Source: Nemertoderma westbladi (Eukaryota > Animalia > Xenacoelomorpha). Taken from it: a stretch of DNA of 64,000 bases. Location of the stretch: NCBI GenBank assembly GCA_032718475.1, contig JAUCBJ010005935.1, positions 62,661-126,660 on the forward strand, read 5' to 3'. How positions within the stretch are numbered: the stretch's first letter is position 1; each line of letters starts with the position of its first letter. Below are positions 27,001-41,718 of the stretch, piece after piece. The notes under the pieces are model-generated. The model saw only the letters and a program-made list of their open reading frames with translations. It made no database searches and was not told the DNA's origin. A program made the translations under genes and the position numbers.

Positions 27001-30000
27001 ACGTCCAGGTGGGATCGAACTGGTGACCTCCCACCTGGGCGTCATTGCCGACTTTGCAAAAGCTGTGCCCAACAAAAAGTTATAATAATATGAAACCACT
27101 CATTCACCCAAAAACACCAATAATAAATTAAAAACTAAATAAATTAAAATATGTAATATTTGATTGAAAAATTCACAATACCTGTAAGTACGAATTATTA
27201 CAGCTACGATTTATATTTTATTTCCTTAAATTTCATTAAAGTCCATAGAAAATTATTAAAATTTTAAAATTATAATAGAAATGACGACAAGTAATGATAA
27301 TAAAATTGAATGAAATTTTATTGGCATTGTAATAGTATTAAGTATTTTATTCAGTTAATATATAATATAATACTAATATAAAGAATTCGATTATCACTGT
27401 TTTTTTCCACTTTTCTTATAAAATACATATATATAGTTTAGGTCATGATACAGTACTGACATATATTAGTTATCACTTATCAGTGTAAATATATACACTG
27501 TTCATTTTATGTGGTGCCTTCGCGCAGTCTAATCACTTTTACCCCTAGCGGTAGACTCTGAAAGTCTTTCAAATATATCACTTTTAGTCCTAGTAATGCC
27601 TACAAATTTTAAATTTGTTAGTTTTAGATCCGACAGAGTTATTATCCAGTAAAAATCGTAAGGACGACATGACAATAACAAAATGTTGTTGTTGGTGTTG
27701 TTCATAGGTGATTGGGCGCAAGATACAAACTGCTAATGTCTACGAACCTGAGCATGATGCTAGTGATGTCAGAGAACCAGTTGTGGCGCAAGGAACAAAC
27801 TGAGGCCTTTGGTCGTTCTCATCGACTATATTTACCGTCAACGTAGCTGTGCTCGTCAAGGAATTGGCACTGATCTTCGGGTTATCCTGTAGAGAAATAT
27901 TAGAACCAATAGATTTCATCTGTGTCCATATTTGTTTTATATATATAGACGTTTGTTTCATATATATTACGTATATATATGCGGATATATCAGTATTTAT
28001 GACAATAAATAATTGCAATTAACGATAACCGTATAAATAGTATTAATTATTGAACTAGTAATAAGTATACGGTATTTCCGTAAATCAGGTAGTTTAATTA
28101 GTTGCCATGGCGGCTTACCTTGGCCTCAATCGTAATCTTATACAGCGAAGTTTTCTCATAATCCGGAGAATTGGGTTCGACCAATTTAATCACACCAGTT
28201 TCGGAATCAATCGAGAAAAAATTCGGTTCGTCATTTCCGGCGTTGTCCTTTACCGCGGTAATGGAGTATGTAACCTCATTGTTAGGAGATGTAGCATCAT
28301 TGTCTGTAGCCTGAACTGTAAAGACCTGCGTGAGGATGGTGGGGTCGGCGTTCTCCGGTAGATTAGTCTCGTAGGGGGTCCCAATGAATACCGGTTCATT
28401 GTCGTTCACATCAAGTAGATGGAACCGGATAATATATTCTAGCTGTGAAAAAATAAAAGGGCAGTAAAATATGTGTTTAAACTTCTGCATTCTTTATTGC
28501 TACAGTACCTGCTGGTCTGATTAGAGATTTGAGATATAATACTGCATTGTTGCTACAGTACCTGCTGGTTCGATTCTAGATTGGTGATATAATGCTGCAT
28601 TGCTGCTACAGTACCGGCTGTGCGATTGGAGATTTGTGTTATAAATCTGAATTGTTGCTACCGTACCTGTTGGTCCGATTGGAGATTAGTTATATAATGC
28701 TGCATTGTTGCTACCGTACCTGCTGGTCCGATTGGAAATTAGTGATATAAAGCGGATCAGCAGATATGGTAGCAACAATGTATTGTTGCTACCATATCTG
28801 CTGATCCGATTGGAGATTAGTAATATAAGGCTGCATTGTTGCTACAGTTCCTGCTGGTTCGATTGGAGATTACTGATATAAAGCTACATGTGGAAGCGCT
28901 ATCGGCGCCCGGTCCCGGATCCACGGCCACGCACTATCCCGCTCGAGGGGTGAGCTGGAGAAGACTGAAGTGAAACTAGCTGCAGTATACCAGTATATTG
29001 TGTATTGAGATACATGAATAACAAATAATGATATGATACAATCAGACAATGAAACTAATAACGAACTACCTACAAAACATGACTGACAACCCTACACCGG
29101 TAAGTCATCTCAATAACTAAACTGAATGATAACTGCTCACTGCGCCCTGCCCCCAGGACTATATCCCTGACAGCTACCGTACAACCAGCTGTTCACACCC
29201 TAGGTGCTAACAAGATACTACTATATTATACCTACTTAACCTATACAATACATACTAATCAGTCCAATTATACACCATCCCATAATACAATATCACATCC
29301 CCCCTTCTTAAAAAAAACTCGCCCACGAGTTTCTAGAACGCACAAACTACAAACCCCAAGTCTAATGACTACATCGACAAGTAAAGTCTACCTCAACGGC
29401 AGTATAGATACTGTATATGAAGCACGATACCAACAATACATTCAACTAGCCTAAGGCCAATAATATCTAAATCGAAATTTCGTGCTGCATGTATCGTAAG
29501 CCAGTATGACTAAAGAATAACACGTACAACTCAATGAGTAACCAAATAACACTATATCAAGCATATTGCAATCTATAAATCGCACCGTAAGTAACCGACC
29601 ATAGTACAATCCATAAAATGTGTCACTGCCACAATAAATAAAGGCTATATAAGTAAATAATTAATACGTGTATCTATCACATGAAAATGTATCCATACAG
29701 TATCTATCATAAACATGTATCCATCCATACAGTATCTATCTATCCGTATCTTATGTAATAATAATACGTAATGACGTAACAAAAATATACAAAAAAATAT
29801 ATATGTTGGAGTTATGTACATAAGGTAAATAATAATACATACAGAATAGAGAATACTCTACAAAATGTACATAACTGAGGCACAAAATATCTCGTGGGCG
29901 AATAACGGGTGAGAGCCGAGCAATGGAACGGAATTTAAAAAAAATCACAATATCTAAATAATTCAGGATAACAATTTTTTTTCCAAACAAAAGTTATTCA

Positions 30001-33000
30001 TTGTTAATAAATGCAATTTATCTATGTAGCCATGGTAACCAGCAAACAGTCAAGTCACATCGACTACGTCTCTATAATTTGCGTCAACGGTCAACAGTCG
30101 CTATCGTCACCGTCGTAGTCGTCCCCACTGTCATTCCCCCTACCTGTATCATCTCCCGTGGAGTTACTTTCTTCCCTATAGTATGGTTTTAAGTCCTTCA
30201 CATTTACAATAATAAGTCGAGAACGTGGATTTGGTTTTCCCGATTTTCCCAACAGTTTAATGGCATAACTTGATTTACCAACCTGATCAACAATAGCATA
30301 AGGACCCCTAAACCTGAAGCTCAGCTTCGTATTCTTACCTTTGGTCGTCCTATCATAGTATAATACAGACTGCCCCTTAGTGTAGGTTCGAATGTTACTG
30401 CGTTGGCGCTTCCCCAGCTTACCGTCGTGGTATTGTTTCTGTTTAACCTGTGTAAGCCTAAGAGCTTCCCTGGCTATCCCATGGGCCCGCTCCAAACGAA
30501 ACCTTAATTCGTCTGCGAATGTTGCTTCATCTGCTAGCAAGCTGTACGGCCGGGCTATCTGCGTGTCTACTTGTGTTGTCGCCTGTCGCCCATACATTAA
30601 AGAGTGTTCCTACCTAATCTGCTGGTCCGATTCTAGATTGGTGATATAATGCTGCATTGTTGCTACAATACCGGCTGGTTCGATTGGAGATTGGTGATAT
30701 AATGCTGCATTGTTGCTACAGTATCTGCTGGACCGATTCTAGATTGGTGATATAATGGTGCATTGTTGCTACAGTAACGGCTGGTTCGATTGGAGATTGG
30801 TGATATAATGCTGCATTGTTGCTAAAGTATCTGCTGGCCCGATTGGAAATTAGTAATATAAGGCTGCATTGTTGCTACCGTACGTGCTGGTCCGATTGGA
30901 GATTAGTGATCTAAAGCTACATTGTTGCTACGGTATCTGCTGGTCCGGTTCTAGATTGGTAATATAATGCTGCATTGTTGCTACAGTAACGGCTGGCCCG
31001 ATTGGAAATTAGTAATATAAGGCTGCATTGTTGCTACCGTACGTGCTGGTCCGATTGGAGATTAGTGATATAAAGCTACATTGTTGATACCGTATCTGCT
31101 GGTCCGGTTCTAGATTGGTAATATAATGCTGCATTGTTGCTACAATACCGGCTGGTTCGATTGGAGATTGGTGATATAATGCTGCATTGTTTCTACAGTA
31201 CCGGCTGGTTCGTTTGGAGATTGGTGATATAATGCTGCATTTTTGCTACAGTATCTTATGGTTTGATTGGATATTGGTGATATAATGCTGCATTTTTGCT
31301 ACAGTATCTTATGGTTCGATTGGATATTGGTGATATAATGCTGTATTGTTGCTACAGTATCCGCTGGCCCGATTGGAAATTAGTAATATAAGGCTGCATT
31401 GTTGCTACCGTACGTGCTGGTCCGATTGGAGATTAGTGATATAAAGCTACATTGTTGATACCGTATCTTCTGGTCCGGTTCTAGATTGGTAATATAATGC
31501 TGCATTGTTACTACAATACCCGCTGGTTCGATTGGAGATTGGTGATATAATGCTGCATTGTTTCTACAGTACCGGCTGGTTTGATTGGAGATTTGTGATA
31601 TAATGCTGCATTTTTGCTACAGTATCTTATGGTTCGATTGGATATTGGTGATATAATGCTGCATTTTGCTACAGTATCTTATGGTTCGATTGGATATTGG
31701 TGATATAATGCTGTATTGTTGCTACAGTATCTGCTGGCCCGATTGGAAATTAGTATTATAAGGCTGCATTGTTGCTACCGTACGTGCTGGTCCGATTGGA
31801 GATTAGTGATATAAAGCTACATTGTTGATACCGTATCTGCTGGTCAGGTTCTAGATTGGTAATATAATGCTGCATTGTTGCTACAATACCGGCTGGTTCG
31901 ATTGGAGATTGGTGATATGATGCTGCATTGTTTCTACAGTACCGGCTGGTTCGATTGGAGATTGGTGATATAATGCTGCATTGTTGCTACAGTATCTTCT
32001 GGCCCGATTGGAAATTAGTAATATAAGGCTGCATTGTTGCTATCGTATCTGCTGGTCCGGTTCTAGATTAGTAATATAATGCTGCATTGTTGCTACAGTA
32101 ACGGCTGGTTCGATTGGAGATTGGTGATATAATGCTGCATTGTTGCTACAGTATCTGCTGGCCCGATTGGAAATTAGTAATATAAGGCTGCATTGTTGCT
32201 ACCGTACGTGCTGGTCCAATTGGAGATTAGTGATATAAAGCTACATTGTTGCTACCGTATCTGCTGGTCCGGTTCTAGATCGGTAATATAAGGCTGCATT
32301 GTTGCTACAGTAACTACTGGATCGATTGGAGATTAGTGATATAAAGCTACATTGTTGATACCGTATCTGCTGGTCCGGTTCTAGATCGGTAATATAATGC
32401 TGCATTGTTGCTACAATACCGGCTGGTTCGATTGGAGATTGGTGATATAATGCTGCATTTTTGCTACAGTATCTTATGGCTCGATTGGATATTGGTGATA
32501 TAATGCTGCATTGTTTCTACAGTACCGGCTGGTTGGATTGGAGATTGGTGATATAATGCTGCATTATTTCTACAGTACCGGCTGGTTCGATTGGAGATTG
32601 GTGATATAAAGCTGCATTTTTGCTACAGTATCTTATGGTTCGATTGGATATTGGTGATATAATGCTGCATTTCTACAGTACCGGCTGGTTCGATTGGAGA
32701 TTGGTGATATAATGCTGCATTGTTGCTACAGTATCTGCTGGCCCGATTGGAAATTAGTAATATAAGGCTGCATTGTTGCTATCGTATCTGCTGGTCCGGT
32801 TCTAGATTGGTAATATAATGCTGCATTGTTGCTACAGTAACGGCTGGTTCGATTGGAAATTGGTGATATAATGCTGCATTGTTGCTACAGTATCTGCTGG
32901 CCCGATTGGAAATTAGTAATATAAGGCTGCATTGTTGCTACCGTACGTGCTGGTCCGATTGGAGATTAGTGATGTAAAGCTACATTGTTGCCACCGTATC

Positions 33001-36000
33001 TGCTGATCCGATTGGAGATTAGTAATATAAGGCTGCATTGTTGCTACAGTACCTGTTGGATCGATTGGAGATTAGTGATCTAAAGCTACATTGTTGCTAC
33101 GGTATCTGCTGGTCCGGTTCTAGATTGGTAATATAAAGCTACATTGTTGCTACCGTATCTGCTGGTCCAATTCTAGATTGGTGATATAATGCTGCATTGT
33201 TGCTACAGTAACGGCTGGTTCGATTGGAGATTGGTGATATAATTCTGCATTGTTGCTACCGTACGTGCTGGTCCGATTGGAGATTAGTGATGTAAAGCTA
33301 CATTGTTGCCACCGTATCTGCTGATCCGATTGGAGATTAGTAATATAAGGCTGCATTGTTGCTACAGTACCTGTTGGATCGATTGGAGATTAGTGATCTA
33401 AAGCTACATTGTTGCTACGGTATCTGCTGGTCCGGTTCTAGATTGGTAATATAAAGCTACATTGTTGCTACCGTATCTGCTGGTCCAATTCTAGATTGGT
33501 GATATAATGCTGCATTGTTGCTACAGTAACGGCTGGTTCGATTGGAGATTGGTGATATAATTCTGCATTGTTGCTACCGTACGTGCTGGTCCGATTGGAG
33601 ATTAGTGATGTAAAGCTACATTGTTGCCACCGTATCTGCTGATCCGATTGGAGATTAGTAATATAAGGCTGCATTGTTGCTACAGTACCTGTTGGATCGA
33701 TTGGAGATTAGTGATCTAAAGCTACATTGTTGCTACGGTATCTGCTGGTCCGGTTCTAGATTGGTAATATAATGCTGCATTGTTGCTACCGTACGTGCTG
33801 GTCCGATTGGAGATTAGTGATGTAAAGCTACATTGTTGCCACCGTATCTGCTGATCCGATTGGAGATTAGTAATATAAGGCTGCATTGTTGCTACAGTAC
33901 CTGTTGGATCGATTGGAGATTAGTGATCTAAAGCTACATTGTTGCTACGGTATCTGCTGGTCCGGTTCTAGATTGGTAATATAAAGCTACATTGTTGCTA
34001 CCGTATCTGCTGGTCCAATTCTAGATTGGTGATATAATGCTGCATTGTTGCTACAGTAACGGCTGGTTCGATTGGAGATTGGTGATATAATTCTGCATTG
34101 TTGCTACCGTACGTGCTGGTCCGATTGGAGATTAGTGATGTAAAGCTACATTGTTGCCACCGTATCTGCTGATCCGATTGGAGATTAGTAATATAAGGCT
34201 GCATTGTTTCTACAGTACCTGTTGGATCGATTGGAGATTAGTGATCTAAAGCTACATTGTTGCTACGGTATCTGCTGGTCCGGTTCTAGATTGGTAATAT
34301 AAAGCTACATTGTTGCTACCGTATCTGCTGGTCCAATTCTAGATTGGTGATATAATGCTGCATTGTTGCTACAGTAACGGCTGGTTCGATTGGAGATTGG
34401 TGATATAATTCTGCATTGTTGCTACAGTATCTGCTGGCCCGATTGGAAATTAGTAATATAAGGCTGCATTGTTGCTATCGTATCTGCTGATCCGGTTCTA
34501 GATCGGTAATATAAGGCTGCATTGTTGCTACAGTACCTGCTGGATCGATTGGAGATTAGTGATATAAAGCTACATTGTTGACACCGTATCTGCTGGTCCG
34601 GTTCTAGATTGGTAATATAATGCTGCATTGTTTCTACAGTACCGGCTGGTCCGATTGGAGATTAGTGATATAAAGCTACATTGTTGCTACCGTATCTGCT
34701 GGTCCGGTTCTAGATCGGTAATATAATGCTGCATTGTTGCTACAATACCGGCTGGTTCGATTGGAGATTGGTGATATAATGCTGCGGTTCGATTGGAGAT
34801 TGGTGATATAATGCTGCATTGTTGCTACAGTATCTGCTGGCCCGATTGGAAATTAGTAATATAAGGCTGCATTGTTGCTATCGTATCTGCTGGTCCGGTT
34901 CTGGATCGGTAATATAATGCTGCATTGTTGCTACAATACCGGCTGGTTGGATTGGAGATTGGTGATATAATGCTGCATTATTTCTACAGTACCGGCTGGT
35001 TCGATTGGAGATTGGTGATATAAAGCTGCATTTTTGCTACAGTATCTTATGGTTCGATTGGATATTGGTGATATAATGCTGCATTTCTACAGTACCGGCT
35101 GGTTCGATTGGAGATTGGTGATATAATGCTGCATTGTTGCTACAATACCGGCTGGTTCGATTGGAGATTGGTGATATGATGCTGCATTGTTTCTACAGTA
35201 CCGGCTGGTTCGATTGGAGATTGGTGATATAATGCTGCATTGTTGCTACAGTATCTTCTGTCCCGATTGGAAATTAGTAATATAAGGCTGCATTGTTGCT
35301 ATCGTATCTGCTGGTCCGGTTCTAGATTAGTAATATAATGCTGCATTGTTGCTACAGTAACGGCTGGTTCGATTGGAGATTGGTGATATAATGCTGCATT
35401 GTTGCTACAGTATCTGCTGGCCCGATTGGAAATTAGTAATATAAGGCTGCATTGTTGCTACCGTACGTGCTGGTCCAATTGGAGATTAGTGATGTAAGGC
35501 TGCATTGTTGCTACAGTACCTGCTGGATCGATTGGAGATTAGTGATATAAAGCTACATTGTTGCTACCGTATCTGCTGGTCCGGTTCTAGATCGGTAATA
35601 TAAGGCTGCATTGTTGCTACAGTAACTACTGGATCGATTGGAGATTAGTGATATAAAGCTACATTGTTGATACCGTATCTGCTGGTCCGGTTCTAGATCG
35701 GTAATATAATGCTGCATTGTTGCTACAATACCGGCTGGTTCGATTGGAGATTGGTGATATAATGCTGCATTTTTGCTACAGTATCTTATGGTTCGATTGG
35801 ATATTGGTGATATAATGCTGCATTGTTTCTACAGTACCGGCTGGTTGGATTGGAGATTGGTGATATAATGCTGCATTATTTCTACAGTAGCGGCTGGTTC
35901 GATTGGAGATTGGTGATATAAAGCTGCATTTTTGCTACAGTATCTTATGGTTCGATTGGATATTGGTGATATAATGCTGCATTTCTACAGTACCGGCTGG

Positions 36001-39000
36001 TTCGATTGGAGATTGGTGATATAATGCTGCATTGTTGCTACAGTATCTGCTGGCCCGATTGGAAATTAGTAATATAAGGCTGCATTGTTGCTATCGTATC
36101 TGCTGGTCCGGTTCTAGATTGGTAATATAATGCTGCATTGTTGCTACAGTAACGGCTGGTTCGATTGGAAATTGGTGATATAATGCTGCATTGTTGCTAC
36201 AGTATCTGCTGGCCCGATTGGAAATTAGTAATATAAGGCTGCATTGTTGCTACCGTACGTGCTGGTCCGATTGGAGATTAGTGATGTAAAGCTACATTGT
36301 TGCCACCGTATCTGCTGATCCGATTGGAGATTAGTAATATAAGGCTGCATTGTTGCTACAGTACCTGTTGGATCGATTGGAGATTAGTGATGTAAAGCTA
36401 CATTGTTGCTACAGTATCTGCTGGCCCGATTGGAAATTAGTAATATAAGGCTGCATTGTTGCTACCGTACGTGCTGGTCCGATTGGAGATTAGTGATGTA
36501 AAGCTACATTGTTGCCACCGTATCTGCTGATCCGATTGGAGATTAGTAATATAAGGCTGCATTGTTGCTACAGTACCTGTTGGATCGATTGGAGATTAGT
36601 GACCTAAAGCTACATTGTTGCTACCGTATCTGCTGGTCCAATTCTAGATTGGTGATATAATGCTGCATTGTTGCTACAGTAACGGCTGGTTCGATTGGAG
36701 ATTGGTGATATAATTCTGCATTGTTGCTACAGTATCTGCTGGCCCGATTGGAAATTAGTAATATAAGGCTGCATTGTTGCTATCGTATCTGCTGATCCGG
36801 TTCTAGATCGGTAATATAAGGCTGCATTGTTGCTACTGTACCTGCTGGATCGATTGGAGATTAGTGATATAAAGCTACATTGTTGACACCGTATCTGCTG
36901 GTCCGGTTCTAGATTGGTAATATAATGCTGCATTGTTTCTACAGTACCGGCTGGTCCGATTGGAGATTAGTGATATAAAGCTACATTGTTGCTACCGTAT
37001 CTGCTGGTCCGGTTCTAGATCGGTAATATAATGCTGCATTGTTGCTACAATACCGGCTGGTTCGATTGGAGATTGGTGATATAATGCTGCATTTTTGCTA
37101 CAGTACCGGCTGGTTCGATTGGAGATTGGTGATATAATGCTGCATTGTTGCTACAGTATCTGCTGGCCCGATTGGAAATTAGTAATATAAGGCTGCATTG
37201 TTGCTATCGTATCTGCTGGTCCGGTTCTGGATCGGTAATATAATGCTGCATTGTTGCTACAATACCGGCTGGTTGGATTGGAGATTGGTGATATAATGCT
37301 GCATTATTTCTACAGTACCGGCTGGTTCGATTGGAGATTGGTGATATAAAGCTGCATTTTTGCTACAGTATCTTATGGTTCGATTGGATATTGGTGATAT
37401 AATGCTGCATTTCTACAGTACCGGCTGGTTCGATTGGAGATTGGTGATATAATGCTGCATTGTTGCTACAGTATCTGCTGGACCGATTGGAAATTAGTAA
37501 TATAAGGCTGCATTGTTGCTATCGTATCTGCTGGTCCGGTTCTAGATTGGTGATATAATGCTGCATTGTTGCTACAGTAACGGCTGGTTCGATTGAAGAT
37601 TGGTGATATAATGCTGCATTGTTGCTACAGTATCTGCTGGCCCGATTGGAAATAAGTAATATAAGGCTGCATTGTTACTACCGTACGTGCTGGTCCGATT
37701 GGAGATTAGTGATGTAAAGCTACATTGTTGCCACCGTATCTGCTGATCCGATTGGAGATTAGTAATATAAGGCTGCATTGTTACTACAGTACCTGCTGGA
37801 TCGATTGGAGATTAGTGATCTAAAGCTACATTGTTGCTACCGTATCTGCTGATCCGATTCTAGATTGGTGATATAATGCTGCATTGTTGCTACAGTAACG
37901 GCTGGTTCGATTGGAGATTGGTGATATAATGCTGCATTGTTGCTACAGTATCTGCTGGCCCGATTGGAAATTAGTAATATAAGGCTGCATTGTTGCTACC
38001 GTACGTGCTGGTCCGATTGGAGATTAGTGATATAATGCTACATTGTTGATACCGTATCTGCTGGTCCGGTTCTAGATTGGTAATATAATGCTGCATTGTT
38101 GCTACAATACCGGCTGGTTCGATTGGAGATTGGTGATATAATGCTGTATTGTTTCTACAGCACCGGCTGGTTCGATTGGAGATTGGTGATATAATGCTGC
38201 ATTTTTGCTACAGTATCTTATGGTTCGATTGGATATTGGTGATATAATGCTGCATTGTTTCTACAGTACCGGATGGTCCGATTGGAGATTAGTGATATAA
38301 AGCTACATTGTTGCTACCGTATCTGCTGGTCCGGTTCTAGATCGGTAATATAATGCTGCATTGTTGCTACAATACCGGCTGGTTCGATTGGAGATTGGTG
38401 ATATAATGCTGCATTTTTGCTACAGTATCTTATGGTTCGATTGGATATTGGTGATATAATGCTGCATTGTTTCTACAGTACCGGCTGGTTCGATTGGAGA
38501 TTGGTGATATAATGCTGCATTGTTGCTACAGTATCTGCTGGCCCGATTGGAAATTAGTAATATAAGGCTGCATTGTTGCTATCGTATCTGCTGGTCCAGT
38601 TCTAGATTGGTAATATAATGCTGCATTGTTGCTACAATACCGGCTGGTTGGATTGGAGATTGGTGATATAATGCTGCATTTTTTCTACAGTACCGGCTGG
38701 TTCGATTGGAGATTGGTGATATAATGCTGCATTTTTGCTACAGTATCTTATGGTTCGATTGGATATTGATGATATAATGCTGCATTGTTTCTACAGTACC
38801 GGCTGGTTCGATTGGAGATTGGTGATATAATGCTGCATTGTTGCTACAGTACCGGCTGGTCCGATTGGAGATTAGTGATATAAAGCTACATTGTTGCTAC
38901 CGTATCTGCTGGTCCGGTTCTAGGTCGGTAATATAATGCTGCATTGTTGCTACAATATCGGCTGGTTCGATTGGAGATTGGTGATATAATGCTGCATTGT

Positions 39001-41631
39001 TTCTACAGTACCGGCTGGTTCGATTGGAGATTGGTGATATAATGCTGCATTGTTGCTACAGTATCTGCTGGCCCGATTGGAAATTAGTAATATAAGGCTG
39101 CATTGTTGCTATCGTATCTGCTGGTCCGGTTCTAGATTGGTAATATAATGCTGTATTGTTGCTACAATACCGGCTGGTTGGATTGGAGATTGGTGATATA
39201 ATGCTGCATTGTTTCTACAGTATCTGCTGGCCCGATTGGAAATTAGTAATATTACGCTGCATTGTTGCTACCGTATCTTCTGGTCCGGTTCTAGATTGGT
39301 AATATAATGCTGCATTGTTGCTACAATACCAGCTGGTTCGATTGCAGATTGGTGATATAATGCTGCATTGTTTCTACAGTACCGGCTGGTTCGAATGGAG
39401 ATTGGTGATATAATGCTGCATTTTTGTTACAGTATCTTATGGTTCGATTGGATATTGGTGATATAATGCTGCATTGTTTCTACAGTACCGGCTGGTTCGA
39501 TTGGAGTTTGGTGATATAATGCTGCATTGTTGCTACAGTATCTGCTGGCCCGATTGGAAATTAGTAATATAAGGCTGCATTGTTGCTATCGTATCTGCTG
39601 TCCGGTTCTAGATTGGTGATATAATACTGCATTGTTGCTAAAGCAGTACCTGCTGGTTCGATTGGAGATTAGTGAGATAAAGCTGCATTGTTGCTACCGT
39701 ACGTGCTGGTCCGATTGGAGATTAGTAATATAATGCTGCATTGCTGCTACTGTACGTGCTGGTCCGATTGGAGATTAGTGATATAAAGCTGAATTGTTGT
39801 TACAGTACCTGCTGGTTCGATTGGAAATTATATAGTTATATAAAGCTGCATTGTTGCTACCGTACGTGTTGGTCCGATTGGAGATTAGTAATATAATGCT
39901 GCATTGCTGCTACTGTACGTGCTGGTCCGATTGGAGATTAGTGATATAAAGCTGAATTGTTGTTACAGTACCTGCTGGTTCGATTGGAAATTATATAGTT
40001 ATATAAAGCTGCATTGTTGCTACCGTACGTGTTGGTCCGATTGGAGATTAGTGATATAAAGCTGCATTGTTGCTACCGTACCTGCTGGTTCGATTGGAGA
40101 TTGGTGCATATGAGCTTCATTGTTGCAGTCGGAGGTACCGCTTCACGGTCCGGGGCCTTGAACATTTCGATCCGTTGTTCTCCAGCCTTTATTCGAATGT
40201 GCTGCAATAAATAAATAATCATTAAATTAAAGAGGTGCCAAAATATTACAAACCAATCAATACCGGTATATGATCTGATAAATATTATCGTTTAGTCGTA
40301 TCATGCATTGCAATGGCCTTCATTTCAAAGGAAACAAAATATTGAAAGTATTTTAGATTTCTGTAAGAAACACTGAATATTAAATATACACGGAAAAACA
40401 AATGTATCACACCCTAAAACAGTTCAGAGTATTTCTGAAAGCCCAAAAACTATCTTTGGACGATAAAATTAGTGAAACTCATCCAGCCGCTGCTGGTTTC
40501 AAAGCATCACAGCGCGCAAAGAAACGGAAACTTATGTTATGAGATTCTCCGTGGTATTACTAGTACAGGCCTACACCGATTCCGGAAACCTGGCGCCACT
40601 ATCACTATAACGCTATTTCAGCTCCAACTTGTCACAACTTTTGCCACAAGCAGGGCAGGTATCTTTCTACAATCAACCTGATGCTAATACTGTACGTGTA
40701 CATGGCTATTCGAAACAAGATACCGACGGTTATCAAGTATGTAGTAGAACAGTAGGTACTTTAAAACATAGGAGTTACGTCCATAGTAAGACACGAAGTG
40801 GGGCCTTCGCGCAGCACGTGACTTAATTATACTTAGTTATACATTTCGCCCTCTAGCGGCAGACTGGAGGACTCCAGACCGTTTACTGCCCACCAAAGAC
40901 TCAGGCCGACTTCTACTACATATCTGCTACGTTTCAGCTTGAACGGATCATAAATAACGAGATGGGAGAAAGATTTCACTTTCAAACATTTCGCCCTCTA
41001 GCGGCAGACTGAAGAACTGCACACGGATTAGCCTTCAATTCAATTCAATTCAATTCCTTCTTTCAAAGTCACAGCTAATGGTCTAGTACATATCTGCCAA
41101 ATTTCAGCATAAATGGATTAAAAGCAAAGAAATGGGAGGACATTTAACGTTTAGACATGTGGCCCTCTAGCAGGAGACTATTGCTCTGATGGTGTCTGAA
41201 AGTCTCTCAAACGTCTCAACTTTAGCTCATATTGATACCTACAAATTTTCAACTTGGCAGCTTTAAATCCGACAAAGTTATTAGCATGTCAAAATCGTAA
41301 CGACGACAACGATTTCACTTTCAGACCTTTGGCCCTCTAGCGGCAGACTGGAGAACTGCAGATGGATTCGCCTCCTTTGAAAGTCACAGCTAATGGTCTA
41401 ATACATATCTGCCAAGTTTCAGCTTAAACGGATTAAAAGCAAATAAATGGGAGGGCATTTAATGTTTAGACATGTGGCCCTCTAGCGGGAGACCATTGCA
41501 CTGATGGTGTCTGAAAGTCTCTCAAAAATCTCAACTTTTGCTCATATTGATACCTACAAATTTTCAACTTGGCAGCTTTAAATCCGACAAAGTTATTAGC
41601 ATGTCAAAATCGTAACGACGACGACGACGAC

Positions 41632-41718
<87 letters not shown>

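Noticed and set aside
28497-40126. 53-bp array as CRISPR or as coding ORFs
   Set aside because: No unique spacers, eukaryotic context, unit length not a multiple of 3, and frequent stops.
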